Notes under the pieces: generated by a model
Databases searched by the model: none
What the model was told of the DNA's origin: nothing
What the model saw: the letters and a program-made list of their open reading frames with translations, nothing else
Assembly (NCBI GenBank): GCA_043228905.1
Contig: JBHGNT010000161.1
Span: 1-63,634 of the forward strand
Reading direction: 5' to 3'
Origin: Azolla caroliniana
Taxonomy: Eukaryota; Plantae; Polypodiophyta
Length of the DNA stretch: 63,634 nucleotides
In this document: positions 47,080-59,700 of the stretch, piece by piece
Numbering within the stretch: the first letter of the stretch is position 1
Layout of the letters: each line of letters opens with the position of its first letter
Position numbers and translations under genes: made by a program

Positions 47080-50061
47080 CCGTTGACTTGTTCATCTCTG
47101 ACTGAAAGTCGAGGGGCTGAGTCATAAAGACTTCTTCTTCAAGATCACCTTGAAGAAACGCATTCTTCACATCCATCTGGTGAAGATGCCACTCCCTTGC
47201 CGCAGCAACTGCCAACACCACACGAACCGTCGTCATCTTCGCTACCAAAGTGAAGGTCTCATCGTAGTCAATTCCGTGGGTCTACACGTATCCCCTCGCC
47301 ACTAAACGGGCCTTGTACTGGTTAATTGAACCGTCGGCGTTGTACTTTACCTTGTACACCCACTTGCATCCAATCAGTTTACAGTGACGGGGAGGGTCAA
47401 CCAAGTTCCATGTCTCGTTGGCATCAAGTGCCCACATTTCTTCCTCCATAGCAGCACGCCAACTTGCGTCCTTTGTCGCTTCTATGTAGCTCTCCGGCCC
47501 ACGCACTTCCGCCACCTTGGTCATGTACGCATAGTGATGTGCCATGTACTCATTGTACCCGTACCGCTTAACAGGTTCCTTCTGGCGGGTTGACCGACGT
47601 AACCCACCGTTACCCGGTTTGAGGCCCTTCTTGGCCAAAGAACCGTCATTTTCCTTTCCGGAGTCGGATCCGCTCTGATCCGACTCATCATTACCGGTTT
47701 CATAATCCGGCATCTTCTTCTTCCCCTTCTCTTTGTGCGTGAACTGTCTCCTCTGTTCCTTGCACAGGGAGAGCACGGCAGAGTCTTCACTACTCGTCAG
47801 TTCCTCTTCTGACTGGTCAGATTGACCTAGTCTCTCGTTCGGCCCACTCAACCGAAATGATTCCGAACTCTCTTCTTGAGTCCCGGATTCATCATCTTCT
47901 ATCTGGACCGGTTCAGGCTCACTAGCCTCATCCTCCGGTATCGGTTTGGGGTCGGAAGTCGGAGCCGGTAAGGCATACCATGATGTTGTCTCATCAAACT
48001 CAACATCGCGGCTAACTCGGACCTACTTCGTCCAGGGGTTATAACACTTATACCCCTTTTGCTCATGTGAGTAGCCGATGAGGATGCACTTCTCTGATTT
48101 TGCATCTAGCTTCCTCCGCTTCTCATCCGGCACATGCACATATGCTATGTTGCCGAAAATCCGAAGGTTTCTCAAATTCGGCTTGCGCCCGAAATACAGC
48201 TCATGCGTGGACACCTTGTCACCGATCCGGTTTTGGATGTAGACGGTCGTCCGGACCGCCTCCGCCCAGTAGAAATGGGGCATGTTATTCTCTTCCAGCA
48301 TTGCCCTTGCCACGTCGACAAGCGACCGGTTCTTCCTTTCGGCCACACCGTTTTGCTCCGGTGTGTATCTGCAGCTGAACTCTCTTCGAATTCCTGTTTG
48401 CTGAAAATAACTGTTGAATTGGCCAGAAAAATATTCTTTTCCGCCATCTGACCATAGGCACTTGATCTTCGTCTCTGATTCCTGTTCCACCATGCTTTGG
48501 AGGTTCCGGAAATAGTCGAATACTTCTCTCTTCCGCTCAATGAGGTAGATCCATGTGTGCTGGCTATAGTCGTCGATGAAGGAGACGAAGTATTGACTCC
48601 CGCCAAGACTCACGTTCTGTGTTGGTCCCCATACATCCGAATGAATAAGGTCGAGCTTGTTACGGCTATGGTTTCGTTCAGTGGGGAATGGAAGTCGGTG
48701 TTGCTTCCCGAGTTGGCAGGCTTCACATACTTGGGCCTTCCGGCCACTGAACTTCGTCAAACCGAAAACAACTTGTTTCATTTGCAGGTCTTGAAGCCTC
48801 TGGTAATTGACATGGCTGATCCACTTGTGCCAGAGATCAATATCCGATTCAATCTTCTGTCCTTTGGCGAACAACGCGGTGTCGACGTCATTGGCATTGA
48901 GGATAAACATCCTCCCGTCTTTGCGCCCTTGCGCAATGATTTGGCCCTCTTCCTCGATGAAGCACCCGAGGTGCGTAAACTGCACCTGCATCCCCTGGTC
49001 GACAATCTGTCCAACCAACACCAGCTTCTTCGTGATGGTCGGAACGTGTAATGCGCTCATCAGCTTCCCCTTTTGTCCGACGTGGCTCAAAGGGACTTCT
49101 CCGACATGCATGATTGGGTGAGGAGTGTCGTCTCCGGTTTCGACGACTCCCGGTTGTTCCGGTTTCTCCAAGAAGGAGAACCACTCTTTGTGGCTCGTCA
49201 TGTGATTCAACGCACCGGAATCAACATACCACACTTCCTCCGATTCGGAGGCGGTCTTCTTCATCGAGTTAGCCTCGTGTTTCATCATCAAGGCTGGCCC
49301 CTTACCTGTCTTCCCAGTTCCGGATCCTTTCGATCCTTGCGCGTAGTGAGAGCTTTGCCTGTTCTCCCGACCAGTTTTGCCGGATCCAGATCTATCTGAA
49401 TCGGCGCGCTTCTTCCAGTACTCGCTTTCTCTATCGCCCTTTTTGCCACAATACCAGCATTCCGTGGCGGATTTGTCTTGCCAGCTTCCGGCGCCGCCTT
49501 AACTCCCCTTGGTTGTGGAGGGTTCGGAATTGTTGTCGGCATGCTCTCTGTGCCTTCGGTCCTGCTCTTGCCGGCCGCTACCATTGCAAGCCAACCCGCC
49601 TCATCCACCACGCCCACAGGGCCGATCCGCCGCCGTGTACAGCATCCGACTGTCAGTGGGTGCACTTGTTGATGCACCGGCGTGGTTCTCCTCTACAAGG
49701 AGCATCGACTGTAAGTCAAAAAATGACGACGTATTCTCCCTCGTACATACTGTTGTCCGGAAAGCTCGGAACTTAGACGCCAGGCCCCCAAGACAGACTT
49801 GTACCATCTCGTCTTCCTCTATAGTGACGTTGATAGAGGCAAGAGAGTCACAGATCTCTTTGATTCGGGTCGTGTAATCAACCACCGACATGTCCTTCTG
49901 TCGAACATTGCTCAACTCCTGTCGGAGTTGCAGCTTCTGGGCTATAGTGCTTGCGGCGAACACCTTCTTCAGGTTTCCCCAAGCCTCTTTCAGCGTCTTG
50001 GCATCTCGGATGTGGATCAGCAGCTGGTCTCTGACACTGGACGCAAAGCAGTACATCACTC

Positions 50062-50232
50062 CCAAGGCCCCCAGGCAAGTTCACACTTGACCTAATGGGT
50101 TGTCTCAATCCCGAGGATTAAAACTAATCCTCCCCTTCTTTACACTCTCGTTTAACCCTCACACTTATCCACGTGTATAGAATACTACGGTAAATTCTCA
50201 CCACGGGATATTAAATGGTCATGCCCGTAACA
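50062..50232 (-). mobile_element. Truncated solo LTR of the Gypsy family at 27318-39781, inserted in Copia-5 gag
   Basis: Near-identical to 27602-27772 (CCAAGGCCCCCAGGCAAG...ATGCCCGTAACA). Confidence 0.92.
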
Positions 50233-51339
50233 CTCTGCTTGCCAATTGTTCCCACACTAGGAAGTCCTTGTGTGCCGCATCAGGTGTTGTGTCGTTAGCT
50301 TCGTCGACACAGCTCCAGTAACCATGCCCAAGCAGGTATTGGTGCACCTTGTATGACCAAGATGCGTAGTTGGATCTGTCGAGTTTCTCCATCGGGAGCG
50401 AGCTAGCCATTCCTCTATCCATTTGTTTTTTTTTTCTGTTCTTTACAAAGGTTAGGTTTTCTTCTTGCGAAAGCAAATGTCGGTTGTAGAGGTTCTCAAC
50501 CCTCACGCTCTGATACCATGTAGAAACAAATAGCATGCGAAAGCAATAGAAAACAGAAAACAGAAAACAAGTTTAATGGAGAGCTTAACAGTACACGGGA
50601 GAGACAGAGAGAGAGACCACACAGAAACTCAATTCAAAAATACTACTCAGTCTGTACATCGTATGTGTTCAGTGAACACTTTTATACAAGTCCATATGGA
50701 CTGACAGAAGTATGGTGTACTTCAATGCTCACACGAGCGTCTGACACTAACTACGAGATATTAACTCCCTAGTAGACTAGCTGCTACTTGGCTTCCGGTT
50801 ACTGCTTGATCCAGCTAACCGGCTCCCCAGCTCACCGGCTCACCGATCCGGCTCAAGCTTATTCAGCCGATCCGGATCCGGTTGAGCTTGCCACTCAACA
50901 TGAACACATGTCGCCAAGCAATACATTACTCGATTCGCCGCTTGCTCCCATGTTGAGTAGTCAGCGTCCTTTAGGTCAGGTCAATTTTCTTGTGCTCTTT
51001 TGATGTAGCTCCAATAACCTTCACCGACAAGGTATTGGTGCATCTTGTATTCCCAAGATACGAAATTGTTTCGGTCCAACTTCTCTCTAGGGAGAGCGCT
51101 CCCCATTTGAGTATTCATGGTGTTCAATGTAGTTTTCTTTCTTCTTCTTCTCTCGTGAATATGAGCTATGTAGCTGCACTACGATAATGATAAGCCGGTT
51201 CTTCTTAAACATCAGTGTAGAGCACAACACACACGGATGGGCTAGATCGAGCTACCAAACCGCTCTGATACCATGTAAAGAATCAATGGCGATTCTCGTG
51301 CAGCGGAATAGGTTAGAGATGTGTGTTATGTGAGTGAGT

Positions 51340-51383
<44 letters not shown>

Positions 51384-51700
51384 GAGAGAAACACAAGATA
51401 GATAGAATAGACAATGGAAAATACTCAAGAAGATTGTATATTACAAAGGAGATTAACCGACCTATTACAAAGTAGGAGGAGAGTGCTTTATATAGTCACT
51501 CTCTCTCTTCATTAATTATCGAAGCTCATGAGTCATGGGGAATGTGGAAACTCATTAGTTATGTGTCATAGAATATGATTCTATGACACATAGTTAATGT
51601 GTAAAGAGTAGCGGTGTGACTTTTGACCTTTGAGTGTTCATACACTCTCAAGGGTGTGTTCACACACTAGGCTAGGTTGAGGTTGATTTTCAACAGGTAT

Positions 51701-54700
51701 TAATGATACGCAAAAATTGCAGTAGGAAGATGACTTGGTAGTGGCTGAAACTGATCAGTTGTATCAGGAATGTATGGATGAGGTAAGAAAAATAAGTATT
51801 GGAAAGGTTGTAAGCCCCTTGAAAGAGCAAGATAAGTCACTAATGAAAACCCAACATATTAAGGGGATAGCAAAAATGAAAAGGCACATGCATGCTAGAA
51901 AAGATGAAGAGAATGTGATGGAGAAAAATAAAGGTATGCGTAAACGGCCTAGAGTGAAATGGAATCCTCAATAAAAAGTGACCCCCCTATCGAATATCGG
52001 GCAACAGATCAAACTGAAACTGACAAGCAAAAAGTGGTTCGAGGAAATGTGTGGAACTGAGATGAAGAAGGACAACATGTGTCGAATCAATATCTATAGT
52101 AAATGTGATGACGAAGGTCAAATCGTTGGACTGTCCTATATGTTGGTCACTGGAAATAAGGAACCCCACAGTAGAGAAGAAGCACTCGGATGGGTTGAAC
52201 AACAAATGGGTGCTCATCTAGACTCAACATATGGTACCACAATAGGTGTGAAAATGAAAAGACAATGAAAAGATGTCATGATATGGAGCTTGGACAAGGT
52301 GAATGAGCAATGCATATGCTACATAAATGTGAAATTTAGGAAGCTTCCTAGAATGATCACGGAGTTCATGGTATACCACCTTGAAATGTTGACACTAGAA
52401 GAGGATAATCTCCAAGATAGGATCTTAGCTAACCTAATGGAAGCGGAAAATGCATTGGTTGGGCCACAAAAGATGAAGGGTATATGTTGAAATGAATCTT
52501 CACTTGCTAACATGGAACATACAAGGAATTTGTGGCACCCAATTCTAGATGCACCGATGTCATGGTGACTGATGTTATCATGGTGCAAGAGCACCACCTA
52601 GATGGGGATAAGATCGACAAAATTGGAAACATTTGCCCTGGGAGTTGGACCAATACATGGTTGGTAGCTACGAGGGATAGACATATTCACGGGGGAGTAC
52701 TGATAGCAATGAAAGCTAAGTATAATGCATCATACACATGCAGGGGGTGTTAAATGGAGGGTTGTGTTGTCTATATCAGGATAAAACACGGATATGGGCA
52801 CTTGGGCATATTGAACATATATGCCCCAAATTCAACTGCCAAAAGAAAAGAATTCTGGTTGCAACTAGTGGACAAGAAACCAAATGCAGAGTTGTGGGTC
52901 ATTGGAGGAGATTTTAATATGGTGGAGCAACAAGAAGATAGAAGAGGAAATGCAAATGGCATAGTGCAAGGGGCAGGAAAAGATGCATGGGATAAGTTTT
53001 GTTTAGCATATAATGAGATAGATTGTTGGAATGCAGCTAACTTTCAGATGCAAAAAGAAAAATCTCTGCTATACTCTAGAGTAGGAGGACTCGTGCATGG
53101 GAGGACAATGTCCAAGCTGGACAAATGATATTTGGACCCTCGGCTCCTCGATAGGAAAGGCAAATGCATAATTTGTCCTAGAAAATTGTTTTCCAACCAT
53201 GCACCAGTTCTGTTGCATATAAATGAAAACAATCGATGCAGGCCACATAATGTGAAGGTGAGCAAGGAATTGGTTATGGAAAATAAATGGATTGATGATA
53301 TAAGAAGAATATGGTCTAATGTCAAATGGATGTATCATGATCCCGCTCATAGGCTGGCTGGGAAAATTGAGAAATGGGCATGCTTCTTTCGGAAGAAAGG
53401 GACTGAAATTAGAAAAGAGAGGAGGGAGAAACTACAAAGAATGCAATGGACACTCACTTCTATGCAACGACTACGAAAACATTACCCGAATAATGTATGG
53501 ATTGAGGCCCAACTAGAGGAGGCAAAATGCAAACAAGATATGTACTAGAAACTAAGGACTACCGATGCCTATCGACGTAAAGCAACAAGCTGGATGAGGG
53601 TAGGAGATCGTGTTACTAAAGGATTTTTGAAGTTGTCAAATGCAAAGGCTCCAAGACTCAGACTTCATGTTTAAAAAAGACATATGGCACAATGACCACG
53701 TGCGAGGAGGAAATGCTTGAAATGACCACGAGCTATTATATGCAACTACTAAATGTATGCAAAGAGGAACAAATTGATCAAGATGCCTTCGGAAATATAA
53801 TAAATAGGATACCGAAAAGAGTTACTGCTTAGATGATGGACTGACTAAATACCCCTATATGTATGTAGGAATTGTGGGATGCAATTGCAAATATGAATAA
53901 ACAAAGTTGTGCAGGGATTGATGGACTCCCTATATATGTTTACATCAAACATTGGGATCTAATTAAGGATGACATGTTGGTAGGGATGCAATACATTATG
54001 GCAGAAGGTTTAATGCCTACAACATTGTGCAGAGGAATGATTTATTTAATACCCAAGGATAGAAAAGATCTGACAATACTTGATAATTGGCGAGCGACCA
54101 TTGACGATTCTCCCTAATGCCTATAAGATCATGGCTAAAGTTGTAAGTAGTCGATTGAAAACAGTACTAGGGGACATTATACATATAACACAAATTGGCT
54201 TCCTAGAAAACCAGAGCATTGTTGACAATGTGATAACTTTCTGGGAGTATTCGGCATGGGCAGAGGAGCAAGAGGTAGACTTGGCAGTAATGTTACTTGA
54301 CTTCAAAAAAGCATATGATAGGATCTCATGGGAATTCCTAGAAGTAGTGATGCAGGCCCTAGGCTTCGAACAACAATGTATCCTTGGAACGGTTGCCTTT
54401 TACAGGGATGCATCCAGCTAGGTTTTAATGGTTGGAAGCATGGGGAAGAGCTTTAAGATGTCACAATCAGCACACAAAGGATGGCCATTGGCCCCATACC
54501 TATTCATTATTGCAGCAGAAGCTTCGCATTATCAGATTGTTGATAGATCTTGGTAAATACAAGGCCTTCCCCTGCCCAAGGATGCAGGAATGATACTTGA
54601 TACAAAATATGCTGATGATACAACAACTTACGTTAAGGGGGATGCAAACAACTTGGACAGAATGCAAAGTGCAATTAATGAGTTTTGTTGACTCAAATAA

Positions 54701-54730
54701 ACTAGAATAAATCGGTGGGCATTTAGATTA
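51701..54730 (+). mobile_element. LINE (L1-like) 3' part: ORF1 end and ORF2 endonuclease/RT pseudogene
   Basis: APE endonuclease motifs (DVIMVQEH, NIYAPN, IGGDFN, SKLDK, SNHAPV) and RT motifs (GIDGLP, LIPK, NWR, LDFKKAYDRISW, PLAPYLF, YADD). Many stops; ends at an LTR. Confidence 0.9.
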
Positions 54731-55040
54731 TGTAAAAGATATTGTGCGGAAGCTAAGACAAAATCGGCTAGTCCAGATAACAAGAGAACACAATGCGGAG
54801 GTTTAATGGAAAGCTTGAATACACGAGAGAGACAGAGAGAGCAGAACTGTGAAACTCAATTCGGAGTTCGAGGACTCCATGTGGTTTTTCTCGATTTGGG
54901 TTTTCCACGTAAAATATCTTGTGTCTTTGTTTTTCGTTTTTTTCCCGCCCCTCGTTTTTTACTGTGCATTACCTTGCTCGGTTTCTGTGCACCCAAACAC
55001 GTATTTGTGAGTATAACCGGTTGTGGCCGGTCTCGATCCT
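54731..55040. mobile_element. Fused LTR fragments
   Basis: 54731-54860 resembles the Copia-1/2/5 LTR starts (TGTAAAAG..TGCGGAAGC..TTTAATGGAAAGC). About 54870-55030 is the reverse complement of an LTR related to 11529-12234 (TTTACGTGGAAAACCC). Confidence 0.7.
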
Positions 55041-55044
55041 CAAT

Positions 55045-55634
55045 AGAATCTTCATAAAATGTGAGAAGTAGGTCTTTCACACTATTACAAAGTCCTTGTT
55101 GAAATTGATCCATCAATGCATCTTCATCCCAAGGGATGTCACATGCAAGAAGACGAAAATTAGTTGCATATGTCGAGGTTGGGTAATCTCCTTGTCGCAA
55201 TCTTCAAATCTTAGTTATTACAATTCTCACACAATCCATATCTCCAAAACAAGTTTCAAACTCCTTAATAAACTCATCAAAACTATCCAAAATAAGGGAC
55301 ATTTTCTCAAGTAATGGCGCAAACCAAGCTAGTGTTGTACAAATTAATAGACCAACCCTACTCACGCCGAATCAGTTGGATGTCGAGTGGGATGCATTAG
55401 CAATACTAGATGCACTTGGTTTAGAAATCCTTGGAATTGTGCCCGAGTACCATCAAACTTTGTTGGTAAACTCATCTTAGCTTCTTTCGGCGAACTTGGT
55501 GCTCCCAATGTTTGTTTCTGCACCACTTCAAGTTGTTGAACCGTCTGAGTTAATTCCTCACGTTGTTGAGCTTTCTTAGCATTGACTTCTAGTAAATCCC
55601 CGAGAAGCCTTTGATTCTCGTGCTCCAAGGCCAT
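55045..55634 (-). pseudogene. Ty3/Gypsy gag fragment (Tcn1-like)
   Basis: LPTKFDGTRAQFQGFLNQV..HPTRHPTD and LRQG..YATNFRLLACDIPWDEDALMDQFQQGL; stops and frameshifts. Confidence 0.8.
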
Positions 55635-56432
55635 GAACTACATCGCCCTATTCACGTACATATGCCATTGTTAATATAGGATGAGAAGTGCATTGGGGGA
55701 AAAGGGAAGGAATGTAGAAGACGGGTTTGGTTCTAGTTCAAATGGTATGTCCACACACATACGGGCAGGAGGAGGTATCAATATACTCAAGAGACCATGT
55801 TGTACCGGGGCAATGCGCATTGTAGTAGAGAGAGAGCAAGAGCAAGAGCAAGAGGAGGAATTGAGCAGGAGCAGGAATTGGGCAAGTGCACATCTGTTCG
55901 CTAGTGAGATGGTCGATACAAATTCATGCCAGAAGTGGGGATGCGTATGCATTCGGATGTGAGCGAAAGGCGCGTGTGATCCGTGTGGTGTGGTGGTGGA
56001 TACATACATATATGAGATATCTCCCCAAATCCAATCCTTTTTGGAGGAAGGAAAGTGGGCAGCTTATGGATGACAAGCAAAGCATCTTTTTTTCTTCTCT
56101 TTCTCTTTCTCATTGGTTTTGAACTCAAGTCTTGAGCACAGAGTGTTTTTGTTCTCCTTCATGCTTGGTCCTACTGTAAAGACAGAGCAGAGCAAGACAA
56201 GGGGCACAGGGCCATGGGAGCTGGAGCAGGAGCAGGAGCAGGAGCAGGAGCTGCATCATCCCAGCCTCCTTCTTCATCCACAGGCAAGGCCAAGCAATGA
56301 AATTTGTCCCACCATTTTTTGGTTTTCTTTCTTTCTTGTTTCTGGTTTTTCCCCTCTTTATCCCACTCACACCTTCTCCCTCTGTTTCCTCCTCTCTTCT
56401 GTCTGCTTGCGTGATATTTAGTAGGAATCCCC

Positions 56433-56783
56433 ATGGAGCAGCCATCGAATCCCCCTCTCCTCAGCACCGTCACTGCCACTGCTACGAGCCTCATAAAAGA
56501 AGGAGGAGACTGGAGGAAGTATGTTGCCTTGAAGGTGTCAAGTGAGTATGACAGCGAAGTCAGCATGCTCACTAACAAAGTTTCTGCACGCATCCTCAAT
56601 GGGCTCGCGAAGATCAGGGCATCATTCCAGCGTGATCAGACAGGGGAGATCCGGTCCCCTTCCCTTTCCCTCTCCACCAAGCATCTCTCCGTCTTGTATG
56701 ACCACGAGGACCGCAATGCACTTGTAACTGCCATCGCAAACCTTGGGTCTAATGTCGAAATGAAGTATCTCAGAGAAATCAAG
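56433..56783 (+). CDS. OEP37: OEP37 exon 1
   Basis: ATG to ...YLREIK, donor GTGAG at 56784. Confidence 0.9.
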
Positions 56784-59700
56784 GTGAGACATCCAGCCTA
56801 TTTTGGTTTTTTTTTTTCCTACTCACTGAATCTACAAATAGAAAGAGCCATATTGGAAGCTGCTCATTGAAAATTTGCAAAATTGAGCTACCATCATACC
56901 TGCCGTAGCACATCAACTGAACTGTAAGCCAACATTTTTGTGACAGTCTCAACAAGGTGAGGTAAAGCTTATTGCAAGATCAAGCGATGCAAAATATCAG
57001 GCTGAGGTTGGCTACGATGTTCCAAGTCTAGGCTTGGTGAGGATTCCGTAAATAATTCTTTAAATAAGTGATTAACTCAATTGCTATAAGCATTTTCATA
57101 CCATTACTTGCACTATCTTAGGGGCGTGTATTGTTGAATCTTTATAGATGTCAAGTATTTAAATCCAAAATGCAGGTTATATTTCTTGAGATTATTCTTT
57201 TTGTTGTTATCATGTCATCCCTCAGGATATATTGAGATAGATATCCAATAACCAACATTTTGACTAGCTATTACAACGCCACAAAATTTGGACATATGTA
57301 TGCTATAGTAAATTATTCCGAAGTAATCTTATTGAAGAGGTAACTATAGTTCAGGCATAAATTGTCAGCTTAAAACACATTGAAAGGGTTGTAACCCATG
57401 GCCCATGCCTACATCCTTTCACTCAAAAGTATGGAATATTGCCAAGGTGCATGTTCCAGTGGCTTAGTCATGCTAGGTAGCATATCATTTGGACTAAGGC
57501 TGTATGTCTCATTTGTGAAAATTCGTTTGCTGCTTGTAGCTTAGCAGCAAAGTTTAATTTACTCATTGATGGATATTTTATTTGTATTCTATACTTACAA
57601 ATTTAGTACAATTAAAGCGTGAACTGTTGGCATGGTTTTTTAATGCATTTCCTCTTTATGATGCTATTCTTCCAACTCATCTGGTAGACTCGCTTGAGTT
57701 CACAGACAAATTTTCTCATTTTTGGATCTATAAAAGCTTGAATACATGCAGTTATTTGTCCTGCTTTCTTCATTTGTAGTTTTCATTAAGTTTTATATAT
57801 TTCTATCTCGTATTTCAGTGAAATTGGAATATTTTTTAATCAATTAAATAGTCTCGTGCTTTAATGGTATTTGGGACAACTCATGAATATATTTTATATG
57901 TGTATAAATCCCAAAAAATAGTCCTGTGTTTCCAGCTGTAGGAAACACATTTCTTTTCTTTTCCTTGTTCTCTATTGAATTGATAATAGTTGTACCTGCT
58001 GGTCAAGACAGTGTCTAACCTAATAAGGAGAGTAATAAAGGAACGTACACATATTTGTAATTGATCTTCTCCAAAGTAAAATATGCGAACCTAGCTTAAA
58101 ATAATTCGAATAGTTTTGTGTTTACTTTGCAATTTTTCTTTACCAATATGAACCTGGACTTTGAATATCTGGGCCAATATGAGTAGATATAAATAGTTAT
58201 GGAGCTTTGCTTTTCCTTGTCTATGGTGCATATACTATTGGCATCATCTCAGCTTATGGCATTTTGCAAATATACCAAATATTATTAAAACTTTGCAATC
58301 TGGATGACATAACTTTTGTCTGAGCAATGGATGTCGAAGTTAATGATTTAGTACTTCCTAGAAAGTTTAGCTGGACACTTTCATGTTTACATCAAAGCTC
58401 AATCATGCCATCAAGACTCCATCCCACAATGGTTATGAATGCAATCCTTGTTGAGAACATGATCCCAATATGAAGCGGTAACTTTCTGGGTAGTTGAACC
58501 CTACACATCTGAACGGAACATACAGATAACTCAAAGCTTGCAACCATAGAGATAGCTTTGATCACCTTTTTCCACAGAACCTGCATAAAAAACTTGGTAC
58601 ATTGTTATTGTTGAAAGCAGAAATGTTGTCACCATGAACCTCTTCAAATATCATCTTATCACTTAATGCCTCAAAAACATTGTCACAAAAGAACCTTACA
58701 TTGTCTCACATGTGTAAATCCTTGATCATCTCATGTTTGTCATTGGTTATCGATTCAGGATTTTCTTTTATATATAGTCCTTGATGGAAAGCCTATTCTC
58801 TAAATCTCCTTCGGCTTTTCCTGTCAAAAGAGATCTCCTGTTCTTCTCCTACCATAGAAGTTTCATTGATAACACCCAATAAAGCATCTTCACATCTAGT
58901 TTGTATCATGGAACCATGACACAAACTTGAAATCCTTGGCTGCTTCAGAGTTATATTGTGGTTGGGTTGTATCTTTTGAGTTATAATTGGGAGAAGTCCT
59001 TTGGTTGCAGTGCAGGCCTGGCATCCATTTACTCTAGTAGGGACATTTTTCTTATGCTAACATTTTGTAGCATTCAAAGGCATGAGAGACATGACTCCAT
59101 GTGATGACTTTCGGGATGGTTTTTTTACAGGGATAGAATCTTTTGCACTGTTGCCAATATGTTGTGCATTTGGATCGCCCATGCTGTCACTTTCTTAGGT
59201 GTGAAGAACAAAATGCTTTGGAATTTTGGAAACTTTTTATCATTTACTTATTTGGCTGGTGAGCTGATTCATACTTTGAAGAGTTCAAGGGACATTCTTC
59301 TGAGGCTGCTGGCAAAAGAAGGAATCTTTTCTTCAAATCTTGGGTGTGCTATCACCTCTTCTTTGATTTCGATTTTGGTATTATTACAGGGAGATATAAA
59401 TCAAAAAATGGTTTATTTCACATGGTATCTCTCGGTGATTTTGGCTATGGCTGATATATATATACTATGCTTTGTATTTCCCTCAGAATTAGGCCACATA
59501 GCATTATTCAGGATATAATCTGTAGCTTATATTGTTTCCTCAGAATTGTATCATTTAGAGATTCAATGGCGTGACCTTCATTCCATGTGATGTGTCACTT
59601 GCAGTATTCAAAATAGTCAATGGGACCATGGGATTATATTTGAAAGAAAGAGAGCTTGAATAGGCTAAAGAAGAAGCCTGAGAAACTGGGCTTCCTAAGG

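Larger units (their letters stand above)
44439..50900 (-). mobile_element. Ty1/Copia retrotransposon (Copia-5), related to Copia-1 and Copia-2
   Basis: Perfect TSD TGAAC. 5' LTR 50519-50900; 3' LTR 44439-44600 with an internal deletion of about 220 bp. PBS at 50508-50518. Fragmented gag-pol. Confidence 0.94.
39948..51695 (-). mobile_element. Ty1/Copia retrotransposon (Copia-4), degenerate, hosting Copia-5
   Basis: LTRs 39948-40344 and 51274-51695 (the second has an expanded GA repeat). TSD GCTAT/GGTAT, PBS at 51263-51273. INT 42131..43378, RT 41552..42052, RT/RH 40615..41490. Gag is split at 44439-50900. Confidence 0.93.

Noticed and set aside
55671-56599. Short ORFs upstream of and antisense to OEP37
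   Set aside because: Driven by (GAGCAG)n and purine/pyrimidine tracts; no domain or splice support.
56784-56870. 145-aa single-exon version of the 56433 ORF
   Set aside because: Similarity to OEP37 stops at the GT donor at 56784; the remainder is intron.
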